64,000 bases of DNA, from contig CM022666.1 in assembly GCA_012295275.1 (NCBI GenBank), forward strand, positions 10,788,001 to 10,852,000, read 5' to 3'. The notes beneath the pieces were generated by a model. It was not told where the DNA came from, made no database searches, and was given only the letters and a program-made list of their open reading frames with translations. Positions 28,346-42,934 of this stretch are shown here, piece after piece (the stretch's first letter is position 1; each line of letters starts with the position of its first letter). The position numbers and the translations under genes were made by a program. This DNA comes from Chrysomallon squamiferum (lineage: Eukaryota; Animalia; Mollusca).

Positions 28346-28622
28346 GTGAAGTGGAAGTCAGGTGTGACTGGTGGAAACCGGTGAAGTGGAAGTCACGTGT
28401 GACTGGTGAAAACTGGTGAAGTGGAAGTCATGTGTGACTGGTGGAAACTGGTGAAGTGGAAGTCATGTGTGACTGGTGAAAACTGGTGAAGTGGAAGTCA
28501 TGTGTGACTGGTGAAAACTGGTGAAGTGGAAGTCATGTGTGACTGGTGGAAACTGGTGAAGTGGAAGTCATGTGTGACTGGTGGAAACTGGTGAAGTGGA
28601 AGTCACGTGTGACTGGGGAAAA
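28346..28622. repeat. 35-bp minisatellite, 8 copies (GTGAAGTGGAAGTCATGTGTGACTGGTGGAAACTG)
   Basis: Units start every 35 bp from 28346 to 28591. Confidence 0.95.
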
Positions 28623-29708
28623 CAGCACGTACCGCCTTCCCACCCTTCCAGTGTGTCACAAAAAAAATGACGTGAAAGGTTTGTGTCGTAATTAAAGATG
28701 TAAATTTAATTAAAATATCGGAAGGAAAACTTGGGTTCCGAGAGAAAAACAATCATGTATGCAAGTCAGAGTAACATGCTATAGAATAAACAAATAAATA
28801 AATAAATAATAATGATAATAATATTTTTTTTTTAAAAAGAAACAACGACAACAACAACAACAATAATAAATAATAATAATAATAATAATAATAATGTTTT
28901 TGTTTCAATTTGTTTGTTGTTGCATTTGTTTTGTAATCATGGCAAAATTCCTTTAACAAAAGAACAAAACAAAATATATATATATATAATCTGAATTTAC
29001 GAACAGCATCTTGAAAATTACCTGTATTTCTTTTTCTTTCTTCGATTATATATAACATTAGTGAAATACTTCCCTGAAACTACGTTAGTAAGAAAAAAAA
29101 CCCATTGTTAGATGTTCTTTCAAATTCCAGCGTCATTACGATTAAATGGCCTTGAAATGGACAATCCACTGCAGACTGCTGATCACGACATAGTTACACT
29201 TTTTATTATGACGTAATTTACTTCATTAGTGATCAGGGGAACTAACTATTCATAAACGATGAGAGAGTATTTTGTACTGGACTTCATACATGAGAAGAGT
29301 TCCATGTAACATGATAAATTGTGTGTAAGAAGAAATAAACACAGCTTGTAGAGAACCCGCGTTATCACAGTTTCTGTCTGTCTTGCGACGACTGGTGTAG
29401 TTGTTACATGCCGCAGATATTACCGACTAGTGAAATAAATATACTGCTCATAATAAGTTAAGGGTAGTCATGAATTTTCACTATTTATTATCTTGTTTTC
29501 CTTCTTACTTAAAGGAAATGCCAGGACGGTAAATGATAATTAAAATACATTTTAAATTATTGTTAGACGACACATGCACTAAAATTTATTAATTGCTTGT
29601 TTTCGAAAGTGAAAATATATACAGTTTTAAAAAGTCTAATACTTTTTAAAACTGTATTTGTATCTTACATAAAACGCAGTAACAATTAATTAATTAATCA
29701 ATTAATTA

Positions 29709-29769
<61 letters not shown>

Positions 29770-31157
29770 TTACACAATCATTCATTTATTCCAAAGATTA
29801 CAAAATAATTTTCTTTGACACTGATCTCTGTACAGAAATAGTATTCAGTGTTCATTCGTTTTATTTCCCTACCAGACATTACCTATTATGATGACATTTT
29901 AATAACATTTTTTCTGTTTATCTATCTCTCCATCTCTCTGTCAAATCTTTCTCTCTGACTATCTAATATATCTATTTATTTATGTATATATCTATCTGTA
30001 TATCAAACGATATGTATGTCTGCTGTCTACATTTCTTTCTCTAGCTCAGTGTCGAACTGGGAACTCGGAGGTTTGCAAGGACGGACGATATCAAACTGCG
30101 TAACTGTCAAAGTAGAAAGTTTTTCGGTGTTCAACATTTATCATAAATCAGTGCGGCCTGTTAATAAGTTAACTGAAATGTCGTGTTTGTAAAGCGACAG
30201 ATGAAACATAGATTGTTTTATTGTGCGCTTTACTCCGCTGATCAATCTAGTTGTGCCTTATAAAAATAAAAAAATAAACTGAACAAGTTAAAGACGACTG
30301 ATTTATGATAACAGGACTTTATTTTTATTTTATTTTTATTATTTTTAATCTGGATGTCTGTATTCGTTCCATTATGTTATTCTAGATTCATCTCTCTCTT
30401 TCTCTGCCTGTTTATCACTCTGTCTATCTTTTTTCTTTTCATACCATTTCCTAAGACTGATATATAAGCATGGCAGAAGTATAGGTTTTTTTTTAGTTTC
30501 TTTTTAGGAATTTTCAATATTTTTTTTTTTTTTTTCTCAGTATCAAAAGACATCGAGGAACTAATCACTCGCCTATAATTAATTTTAATCATCGCTCATG
30601 TTTCCCGTTCTAACCCGCACTTATTCCCCGTGTCTTTTCCCCTAAAACAAACATTAATGTTTTCAGTCAAGGTGACATCTTGACAATGATTATATTAAAT
30701 CTGTAACGCGTGTGTGAGAAAACACGTCACGTGTTGACTCAAACTTAGAACTGTTGTCCTGACTTCTCAGTCTAAACATAGAAGGTGAATACGTTCACAG
30801 AATATGAATAGGAACTTGATATATTACAGCAGTCAGGTTTAAAGTAAACTACATTTCAACACTGCTGTACATTTCCAATCTTATTTATTACTTACTAACA
30901 ACTTTAGATTATCTGCGCTGTCTCTGAATGTATATGTGTGTGTGTGAGTTTTAAATATCTTTTTGTCTCTCTATTTGTCTCTCTGTCTCTTTGGGACTGA
31001 CTGAACACATATTCTAACAGAGAGATACTAGAAATCAATAATAACAAAGCAATGAAAAAACCCAGTCAACAACAACAAAAGAAAACCATAGAAATAAAGA
31101 CAGCAGAACGTTGGATCTTGAATCAAGAAGTCTGAAACATACACACATGCGCACTTA

Positions 31158-31758
<601 letters not shown>

Positions 31759-33179
31759 GGGGATAAAATTGAGAAACACAGAAAGAAAGAAGGCGAGAGA
31801 AGAAGGGACACAGAGAGAGACAACAATAAGGGGAAGACAGAGTGGGAGGGAGACAGAGACAGACAAAAAGGAGAATATGAATAGAGAAATGAATAGCTTC
31901 TTCACTCGACTTCACTTAGCTAGAAGTTAACTTCAGTCAGTAGCTGATGGTATGAAAACGTACGTTTCTAGATCCTGAAACAAAAGTGAACTACTTAAAT
32001 ATCACAATACGTGTGACTGAACCTGGCGCGGTCTCTGATTTAACTAACATCAACATTAATAACCCATCAGAGAAACTTGACTTGATTTGTCAGTTGTCAT
32101 AATTATCTCTTTGTTTCTTCTTTTACTTTCGTCTTCTCCGCGTAAACACTTGCTTCAGCTTAATGGCAAACGTGAAAATGAAATAAAACTCTCGTTATAT
32201 CGTAGTTCAGTTCATAGTTCTCCTGTGACAGCATTTTTATCAGTTGTACTGAGCGACTGTTTTATAGGAAATTGCGGTAACGTTGGATGTATTTCTCTTT
32301 CGGTATTTCTTCTGGAGAAAGAATGTCTGATGCACATATCTTCTAAGTAGTTGTTTTAATTTTAAGAAATTTGTTGTAATTAAAAATATATATCAAAATG
32401 CTAAGCAATTATATTTTTTCTTTCTTTAACGTCTTCTAGTTGATAGCAAAAAAACAACAACAAAACCCCCCAAAAAAAACAACCCAGGAAATTGTTCATC
32501 ATTCTCTGTTATATAGCCGATATTAACAAAAACTCGTTGTTACCTGAATATTTTGTTAACAAACTACCTTAAATATTTGACATTTCATGCATAATTCTAT
32601 TTTTTATTATTTTTAATATATCGCTCTGTGATAGACCTTTAAAAGCGGAAACAGTGGCATTTGTACAGTGTTACGTTTGTGTTATATTTTATTGTTTATA
32701 GGCAAATATCGTTTCGCGAATACGAATTAAGCAACAAATTCAACGTAGAGACATATGTACCTAAGCGAATAATAATCATTTTACCCACAAAAACATGATT
32801 AATCGGCTTCTTGGCATTCTTTATTTACTATGGTGAAAATGTAGGATCAGCTTGTACGTTTGAGACCAACTGAAGCTTTGAAGACTTGGTTACCTCTAGT
32901 AGGTCTTCAAAAGAGCTTCTATTTTCGGTTCGCCATACTTTTTTTTAGTATCTTTCCTGACTTTATACGCTTGATTTATTCTCTGTTTTAGTTCCTATTT
33001 TTATACAAACTGCATGAATAGAAAATATGAAGAGACGTCAGCAGAGAGTGTTTTCTGCCGAACAATGCGTTAAATGATGGCCACTGAAGCTGGTTCACTT
33101 TCAGATTAGTAAGCGATTGATCAGTTCGATTCTCCGCAACCCCAACCTCCTGAATTCTCTATAAAGGTATTTTGTGTGT

Positions 33180-33257
<78 letters not shown>

Positions 33258-33695
33258 CAAAATGATTATTCTTTTTATAAGATGTCGATTCAACCTCATA
33301 AAATTACTATGTAAGTGATTAAATCTGTGTTGAAATGTTATTCATTCAGTGTAATGTTCGTGTAATATATTATATTTATAAGCAAAACTCGGTTTATCTA
33401 CAGACAAATAATTGAGAACTCAATCTTTTACGTTTATTTATATCAGTAAAGCGACGCCGCCATAACGACAATCCATTGAAATGAAGATCATTATATTGTG
33501 TCACTACTGTTACAACTACTACCACTGCTATTTTTACCTTCTCATTTAACAGTTTTAGATATGTTCATACATTAATAAAGATAAACTAAAAATAAGGAAA
33601 TAAGTAATAACAGTGACAAGAGCAACTAATATAATATGTGTGCGCATATATGTATATGATAATATATGCATGCAGAAATACATTCATGTACTTGG

Positions 33696-34141
33696 ATATA
33701 GATAGATAGATAGATAGATATAGATAGATAGATAGATAGATAGATATATATATAGATAGATAGATAGACAGATAGATAGATAGATATAGATAGATAGATA
33801 TAGATATAGATATATAGATAGATAGATATAGATATATAGATAGATAGATATAGATAGATAGATAAATATAGATATATAGATAGATAGATATAAATAGATA
33901 GATATAGATAGATAGATATATATATAGATAGATAGATATAGATAGATAGATAGATATAGATAGATAGATAGATAGATAGATACAGATATATAGAGGGATA
34001 GATAGCTGCAGACGTGTGTGTGTGTGTGTGTGTCAGTGTGTGTGTGTGTCTGTGTGTGTGTGTGTCAGTGTGTGTGTGTGTCTGTGTGTGTGTGTCAGTG
34101 TGTGTGTGTGTCTGTGTGTGTGTGTGTCAGTGTGTGTGTGT

Positions 34142-34186
<45 letters not shown>

Positions 34187-34223
34187 TGTGTGTGTGTGTG
34201 TGTGTCAGTGTGTGTGTGTGTGT

Positions 34224-34260
<37 letters not shown>

Positions 34261-34290
34261 AGTCAGTGTGTGTGTGTGTGTGTGTGTGTT
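33696..34290. repeat. (GATA)n satellite followed by (TG)n interrupted by TCAG/TCTG
   Basis: Directly visible. Confidence 0.95.
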
Positions 34291-34341
34291 ACAATTAAAC
34301 TTAAAAGTCTGAGCTCTCGTTTATTACCTTTAAATCTATTT

Positions 34342-34377
<36 letters not shown>

Positions 34378-34812
34378 TTCAATTTGTTGTTCATTTCTGC
34401 AGTCGGTTGAACATCTATGTTTTCAATTCTGAGTGGCCTTAGACAATAGCGACTGAAAATTAAACTTATATGGGTTCTTTCACTCATTTAGATATCAAAT
34501 TTAGATAATAAATTCCTTGTCTGCGTTTGTTTTTTATGTATGTGTGTGCGTGTGCACTACTGTGATATCCTTCCATCTTCAGGAATATGTCACGTTTATT
34601 ATTTCAGTCCAGAAGCCAGTGTATACGTATAGCTACAATATTTTAAAGATAAGTATAACACAAAAATTGAATCAGATTAAATTTAAGCAAAACATACACG
34701 TGTGTGTATTTCTGCATTTCTCGAGTATTAAAGATAGAAATTTAGAAACGGCTTAAAATAATTAACAAAGTAAGAAAGCACGGAACAAAGTAAATAAATA
34801 GTATATGAGAAG

Positions 34813-34866
34813 AAAATATCTCTAAAATATCTCTAAAATATCTCTAAAATATCTCTAAAATATCTC
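34813..34866. repeat. 11-bp tandem repeat (AAAATATCTCT), about 5 copies
   Basis: Directly visible. Confidence 0.9.
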
Positions 34867-36992
34867 ATCCCCCATTTCCTCTTTAGTATTCTAGAAATTT
34901 CCGTTTCGTCGATAGCGAAAAAACATAAAAAGAAAATAATAATTTCATTCAGTTAGAATTGGGATAAGTTAATTACAGCAAATCGCGCGAGTCTAAGTTT
35001 AAACAGCTGAATTTAGCAAAATGCCAACTGTTGATGTTAAGTGGTTTTTTTATATTTATATCTCGTATGCCTAATCAGTGAGTGAGTGATAACCCTCTAT
35101 TTAAGATTAGTCCAAAATGGCTTTGTAAACATGTTAGCCAATTTTTAAACTAAAAAAAAAAGCTAATATTTGTGGGGTTTTTCCCTCTATAAAACATTTA
35201 TGATTTGAAAATAGGATACTAGAGCCAGGTTTAAGCTAATCACTTTATTTTTTTTTTTTTTTTATCATACTTGTAATAAGAAAATAACATGTGGTGGCCG
35301 TTTTTGTGTATGTATAGTGTGATAAGAAATACTTTAGGCACATAATAATGTTGCACTAGTTAAGCAATCTGGTAAAGGTATGTTAGCCCTGAAGCGCGAT
35401 CTGTTTTCAACTGCTTTTATGTAACAAAAGAAAATATTGTATTGTAATCGATTTTGAGCTAATAAGGAATTTTATAAAATTTAAAATTAACAATTTACAA
35501 TTGGAAAATCTGTTATCGAAAGCACGTTTTAAATAATAATTTACGAAAAGAAAAATAAGATACTGAAGCTAATTTTAAATTATTTATTTATACTGGAACA
35601 TAAAGTATTCTAGTCTACGTGAAATAATAATTTACAACATCAAAATAAAATGTTGTCGTCAACTTTGAACTAGCAAATTTCAAAAGGGAGACAAGGTACT
35701 GCAGCCTTGTTTTATGACTTAATTTACAAAATGAAAATAAAGTATTGAAGCCACTTTTAAACAATAACTTACAATAGGAAATAATTTGTATTACAAAATT
35801 TACTGTGAAATAAACAATAAACATCTAACTTAAAAATAATAATTATATCAAATGCTGAGGCTGAACGCTTCTTTCTTTCTTTTCTTTCTTTGATTCTTTC
35901 TTATTTTCTGTCTTCCGATTTCTTTCTCTCTTCTTCCTTCACTCGTCATGTAACTGAAGACGACATTTATACGACCAAATATTTAACAGTCGTAACTCTG
36001 CCGTCAAGTAGAATAACTCATTAAAAAGATCAGCAGATCTATTTTTGGACACGAATTCCTGTCTTTTGTATGACAGGTGAACTCTAAACGTCTCTGTAAA
36101 TGATTCAACCGCTTAAACTGGAAGCCTCGTTTCTTAACCCTCTTTTCAAGTAGTCGACGAGTTAATTACCCTGTAAACGTCTATCAGACGAGTGTAACGG
36201 ACTCACTGTCGGATGTTAACACACACACAGTCACAAGAAGGCAACATAAAATCAAGTTTAGACCAATATTTCCTTCGCACGTGCGTGCTCATCTGCTTTC
36301 GCGTGTTACTACTGTTTGGCCCTGCCTGAACTCTCGCGGGAATAAACGAGATAATGTCTTCAGAATGGGGAAACATGAAAGGCGATAAATTTGGCGAGGG
36401 CTGAAACCCGCAGAGCGGGAGTACAGCGCAAGAGAGCGGCAAATCGACAAACGGCTTTATTATGACTGTGAACTTCTCAAGACAAATAAACACTGCGCTT
36501 TGTAACACTGCTTGAAAACTTTCCTCTCGTCTGGTTTACAGTTTCTGCAGCGACAAGCGTGCAAAAATATGAACTGTTTTTGTGATAACTGATTCACGCT
36601 AAAGTCATTTTCATTTGATATCGTGCTGTTGCTTTATCATACACATAGTAAATATAACAGTTTTAAGACGTAACTTTACCTACGATATTTGTTATTTTTA
36701 AACATGTATTTAATTCTTACACAAATAAAGCATTTTATGTGATCGCTAGAAGAAACTGCAGTGGATCTGTTAATGTTATTTGTGTGAAAGATAAAATGCT
36801 GAAAAGCTGGTAAAAATACAGTGCTTAAAAAAAAAGAAAAAAAGATGGATTAAGAATGGTGTCATTTTATTGGTTGAAAATTGATGTTAAAATATTGGTT
36901 ATGATGAAATACCTGTACCTCACGTTAAAGGAATTCTACACTTGAAGCTTTAAATATTCAAAGTAAGTAATCCTATTTATTTATTTATTTCT

Positions 36993-37062
<70 letters not shown>

Positions 37063-37504
37063 CTAACAACCTAACGAACATATATCAATCAGTATTATAA
37101 TATTAAAGGCAACTTTTGTAATTGTTATAGATAACTTTTTATGTTTATTTTATGTCATTTTTAATTGTTTTTAAATTTATTTATTTATTTAATTATTTTT
37201 TAAAATATCTGTCTGATTCATTCATTATCTGATTATTTTTCTTTCTTTTCATCAATATAAATTTTGTAGTGTTATTTCTTCGTTTTATATGCCTTTCATT
37301 ATACATAACCCAACAATTTTTTTTTTCTAACTTCAACACCGGTAAAAATTAAAAATGTTGTTTTTCTTCTATTCCTTGTGATCTTTTCTTTTTGTCGTTT
37401 TCTTCAGTGGACGACACTGAAGATATTCGTGTTAAACGTTTTAATCCGCTAAAGTTCTACTTGTCCGTCTGTCTGTCTATTTTCCTCTCCACTCATCCGT
37501 CTGT

Positions 37505-38840
37505 ACCTACCTACCTGCCTACATACATATTTATCTAGCTATCTACCTACCTGCCTACATACATATTTATCTAGCTATCTACCTACCTGCCTACATACAT
37601 ATTTATCTAGCTACCTACCTGCCTACATACATATTTATCTAGCTACCTACCTGCCTACATACATATTTATCTAGCTACCTACCTGCCTACATACATATTT
37701 ATTTTATCTAGCTACCCACCTGCCTACATACATACATTTTATCTAGCTACCTACCTGCCTACATACATATTTATTATCCTATCTAGCTACCATACCTGCC
37801 TACCTACATACATATTTATCTAGCTACCTACCTGCCTACATACATATTTATCTAGCTACCTACCTACCTGCCTACATACATATTTATCTAGCTACCTACC
37901 TGCCTACATACATATTTATCTAGCTACCTACCTACCTGCCTACATACATACATATTTATCTAGCTACCTACCTACCTGCCTACATACATATTTATCTAGC
38001 TACCTACCTACCTGCCTACGCCTACATACATATTTATCTAGCTACCTACCTACCTGCCTACATACATATTTATCTAGCTACCTACCTACCTGCCTACATA
38101 CATATATATTTATCTAGCTACCCCTACCTGCCTACATACATATTTATCTAGCTACCTACCTACCTGCCTACATACATATTTATCTAGCTATCTACCTGCC
38201 TACATACATATTTATCTAGCTACCTACCTACCTGCCTACATACATATTTATCTAGCTATCTACCTGCCTGCCTACATACATATTTATCTAGCTACCTACC
38301 TGCCTACATACATACACAAATATTTATCTAGCTACCTACCTGCCTACATACATATTTATCTAGCTATCTACCTACCTGCCTACATACATATTTATCTAGC
38401 TACCTACCTACCTACATACATATTTATCTAGCTATCTACCTGCCTACATACATATTTATCTAGCTATCTACCTGCCTACATACATACATATTTATCTAGC
38501 TACCTACCTACCTGCCTACATACATATTTATCTAGCTATCTACCTGCCTACATACATACATATTTATCTAGCTATCTACCTGCCTACATACATACATATT
38601 TATCTAGCTACCTACCTGCCTACATACATATTTATCTAGCTACCTACCTGCCTACATACATATTTATCTAGCTACCTACCTGCCTACATACATATTTATC
38701 TAGTTACCTACCTGCCTACATACATATTTATCTAACTACCTACCTGCCTACATACATACATATTTATCTAGCTACCTACCTGCCTACATATATATTTATC
38801 TAGCTACCTACCTGCCTACATACATATTTATTTATCTAGC
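37505..38840. repeat. 1.3-kb higher-order minisatellite, base unit 32 bp (CTACCTACCTGCCTACATACATATTTATCTAG), roughly 39 copies
   Basis: The unit is built from eight tetramers and its length varies mostly in 4-bp steps. Confidence 0.95.
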
Positions 38841-40139
38841 CATCTTCCTACCACATGTAAATGTAAATAAAATGTAAATAAGAAAATACAATACAATACA
38901 ATAAATTAGCATATCTTAACATAACATAACATTATATAGCATAACAAAATAAAATAACATAAAATGAAGGAAAAAAGAAAGGAGAAAACGTACAGAAATT
39001 CTAACTAAATATTGAAAAAAAACACACAAGAAAACCCACAGAAAACCCACACACAAAAACAGAACAACAACAAACAAACAAACAAACAAACAAACAAACA
39101 AAACAAAAATCAACCCCCCCGCACACTAATGTTGATAATAACACTGACACAGTTGAAGGCGCGGATACTGGAGGGGTGAAGTTATCGGGGGAAAAAGAAG
39201 ATTATTAATCTGCCAGATCTGAGTGACACGTTTTCTACAGACAAGTTACTGACACTTTATGTAGAATTAACACTCGCAAAATGTCAAGTATTTAATGTGA
39301 ACTAATAAAACGTTTGTCAGTGTCATTTATGTGCATTTTTCTCTGTCTCTCTTTGTGTAGAGATTTTTATGTCTAGGTGGGTGGATGTGTATGCACGGGT
39401 CAGTGCGACTGTGTGCATTTTGGGAAAGGGGGAAGGAGGTTTATATCATTATCCATTTGTTGTTATGTGTCTATCGATATTCTTTCTACTGGTATTTAAT
39501 TGTTGTTTCTTTCTGTTTTGATACGTGTGTATGTGTGTGTGTGTGTGTTTGTTTGTGTGTGTATTGGCGCTGTTATATAGAATTGGTATCTGTGTTTTTT
39601 ATTTGTGTTTCGAATTTTATATGTTGTTATTTGTATATCGATTGTTTTGAAGTGTAATACTATAATTCTGCATGGTGGCGTGTACAGGTGTTTCTGTGTT
39701 GGTGTGTCTGTACTGACGAGTGTGTGACGCTGCTCTCTATTGGTTTTTATTTATATAACGTTATTAGTTATTTTTATATCCATATTTGTTTCTTATTCGT
39801 TTAATATATCGATATTTATATGTCAATTATTTTTGATCGATATTTGTATGTAATATTTCTCTATCAGTATTAATATGTCGGATATTTTTGTATCGATATT
39901 TGTATGTTTGTATTTGTTTATAGATATTTGTGTTAGTATTTGTATGTTGATATTTGTATATTACTATTTGTATATTGATATTAATTTTGTACATTAATTT
40001 TGCATAAATATTGTTATTTTTTTTATTTCATGTTTCTGATTTTATTTGTTATGTTACTATTAAATGTTTATGTTAATGTACTGGCATTTCATATCTTGTT
40101 TTATTTAATGTACTGATTGTAGTGTATTTTATTCCTGTC

Positions 40140-40330
40140 AACAGCTGTAACATGGTTACCGCTCGCTTTTACCGGGTCCCGCCCAATCGCGTGCCACCGT
40201 CTCGTGCTAACGTGAGCACGCGCTCTGCTACTTTTCGTCATCGAGCCACCTGGTGGTAATTTCTGCCATGTAATGACTGTTTCTCGTGAGAATATCGTGT
40301 ATCTCGTACACTGATTGGACACATTTAGAA
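40140..40330. promoter_or_regulatory. CpG-rich regulatory island about 2.3 kb upstream of the Norrin-like ATG (GC-box/CCAAT, CTCF-like site)
   Basis: CCCGCCCAAT at about 40178, TGATTGG at about 40312, and GCCACCTGGTGG at 40245-40256 (reverse complement CCACCAGGTGGC matches the CTCF core). Confidence 0.45.
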
Positions 40331-41429
40331 AACTTTATCTGCAGTTTATTCAGGTTGTGTTGCAAGATGGAACAAAAACTACAAACTTTCTTCTTTAACC
40401 GTTTGACACAACCACGCCTGATAGCCTCGTTTGTTCCTCTTGTCAGGGGCAGATTTGGGAGAGGTGAAGAGTATGAGAGATAACAGAACTATACTTGTAA
40501 AAAATCATAAAGTTAAATCGAGGTTTATTCCAGCTGTTAATTCAAGGGATATGCAACAGATTATTATGATTTTTTTAATTATATTTTTATTACTAATACC
40601 TATAAAGTGAAATTAAAAAGCAATACATAATCATGTATATTATTTGCTGTTTACAAACACGCAATATCTAGTAGTGAAGGTTTAATGAGGTTAGAAAACC
40701 TATCTTTGTAAAACTTTCTCATAATTTCAAAGATGACATATATTTATTATTTTTGTTTGTGCTTATGTTGTAATCGTTGTCATTATCCTCAACGTATTAG
40801 TTATTATTAGCGTAATGTTGTTGTTTTTTAAAGATAATCATCTGATCGGCGACGTGATAATTAGGGTTGACGTTTTATATAATTATCTTTGTCACTTTTA
40901 TTATTATGTTGTTGTTCTTGTTGTTGTTGCTGTTGTTAGCGTCATTATAGACATCAACAGCACTTTATTATCATCATTACTGATATTCCGCGTAATCGTC
41001 ATCATCATAGTAATATTTTAAGAATATTATTAACATAACTCACAACGCAGACACTAAACACACACTTCAGTATCTACACAAACGTGTCGAGTATTCTACA
41101 TACTTTCACATTCACGTTACATTCATCACGTTGTATACAACACGTGACGGTAACAGAAAACGTTTCCTGTATGTGTATCGCAGAAGAAATGCTTTACAGC
41201 AAACAGAACCATCATAAAGATCCTTAACGGCAACGTTTTGCCAAACCGTACCAAGAATGCATGTCCAGTTAATTGCCGTACATTTTATTTTAAACATCTC
41301 GACTCAGTTTTACATGATTTAGGAGATTCATTTGCCAAACTGTCTCTCAAAAATAGAATCTTTGAGCAGTGAAAGAATTTCCTTTTGTAGATTTAAGCGC
41401 TCATAAAGAATTGAGATCTATGTGAAATG

Positions 41430-41482
41430 ACGGCGCAGTAAACGCGTCTGGCCAGTGAAATGTTTTCTGTTTTACACGAAAT
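41430..41482 (+). promoter_or_regulatory. Candidate non-coding first exon of the Norrin-like gene
   Basis: CpG-containing segment ending in AAT|GTAAGG (GT at 41483). The strong acceptor at 42529 needs an upstream donor, but the exact exon is not determined. Confidence 0.3.
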
Positions 41483-41945
41483 GTAAGGTTTTTATTTTAT
41501 TTCTCGCTTCGATGCGCACGTTCCGGTTGAAGCACATCGTGTGTTTGACGATTCGTTAACCACGTTTATGTTGATGTGTTTTATCCGTGGACGAGTTCTC
41601 TGCTAAATCTGTATACACCTTTCTTTGTGTTGAGTCTAACTACCGATACCTCCTTATATTTTTTTATTTCATTCTCTTGTTTGTTTGAATAACTTTCATT
41701 TCCTTACTCCTAACTGCAGTTATACATAAGTTTTACCGAATTTTGTACTACTTTGTTGTTTTGCATACAGTTCTCTAGGCTTTTCAAATTAGTCTCTTCA
41801 CGGTGTAATGGTGTTTTTTATTTCTTTTCCTTTCTTTCTTTCTGTCTTATTTTTAAATAATTTTTTTTTTTTTTTTTAATTATTAAAACTGATCTTGCTT
41901 TTACTTAAATGGAGATACGCTGCAATGATTCCTTAAATCCAAAAC

Positions 41946-41988
<43 letters not shown>

Positions 41989-42541
41989 TTATAGCACAGA
42001 TGATACTAACTGATATGGCCAAAATGGCGATGCGAAATACAAATTGGTTGACTTGACAAATCAAAGAAAACGTAGACAATTTTATATATTTGACTAGCAG
42101 CAAAGTACTAACTATAGCGAAGTATTTTCAGTAAAACGTGAAATGACAAGATGTAGATCTAAACTTAGAGATAGCCAGCGCTTTTATTTCATTCTTCCTC
42201 TAATTGTAATTTTGGATTTATTGCTGGGAAAAGTACAGAGATAAGACCTGTTCATGATTAACATTTTGTTATTTTATAGCTTCAAAGAGGAGACCATTGC
42301 GTATACCTGTATATCCATCAAAAGGCTTAGCAACGCCTATATGCAGGGGCACGTTATTATGATTTTGTTTTTCACTATTATTCATACAAACTAACAAACA
42401 GTTTAAAACACGGGGTGCCGCGCCACTCACATACAGTAGTTTATAGTGAGATGCATGCACACATGTAGATAAACATATATAACAAAAGGTCAAACCTAAC
42501 GCAGTAATTATTTTATTTTTTATTTTCAGACTGGCAATAAA

Positions 42542-42697
42542 ATGTTAATTTGCCTCGGGAACTATTTTCCCTCGCTCGTGTGCACTGTGGTGTGTTTCGG
42601 CTGTCTGTGTGTTATGGCGATAAGGAAAGAAAACCGATGTATGAGACACTATTTTGTTGAGACGATACGACATCCCAGGAAGGAGTGTGAAACAAGG
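42542..42697 (+). CDS. NDP: Norrin (Norrie disease protein) homologue, coding exon 1: signal peptide plus start of cystine knot (aa 1-52)
   Basis: Acceptor TTATTTTCAG at 42529 and ATG 12 nt downstream. Encodes MLICLGNYFPSLVCTVVCFGCLCVMA (hydrophobic, VMA cleavage site) then IRKENRCMRHYFVETIRHPRKECETR, versus human [21 protein letters not shown]. Phase-0 donor AGG|GTAATA at 42698. Confidence 0.93.
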
Positions 42698-42891
42698 GTA
42701 ATATATTTGTATCCATCCGCCATCAGTCTATAGTTCTGTTTGATAATAATAATGTTACATCAAAGAGAAACATAGGCGATTATACAACAGCTTGCTACCA
42801 AGTAACTTCAAACCATTTGTATGTATATAATTATAAAGTTTATTTGACTGAAACATATGTAACTTAAAGTGTTTATTCAGGACAACGACTG

Positions 42892-42934
<43 letters not shown>

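Noticed and set aside
30041-30095. tRNA-like start TAGCTCAGT
   Set aside because: No B box or cloverleaf; at best a SINE relic.
42698-42733. Read-through end (VIYLYPSAISL) of ORF 42542..42733
   Set aside because: It is intronic; homology stops at the GT donor and resumes at 43901.
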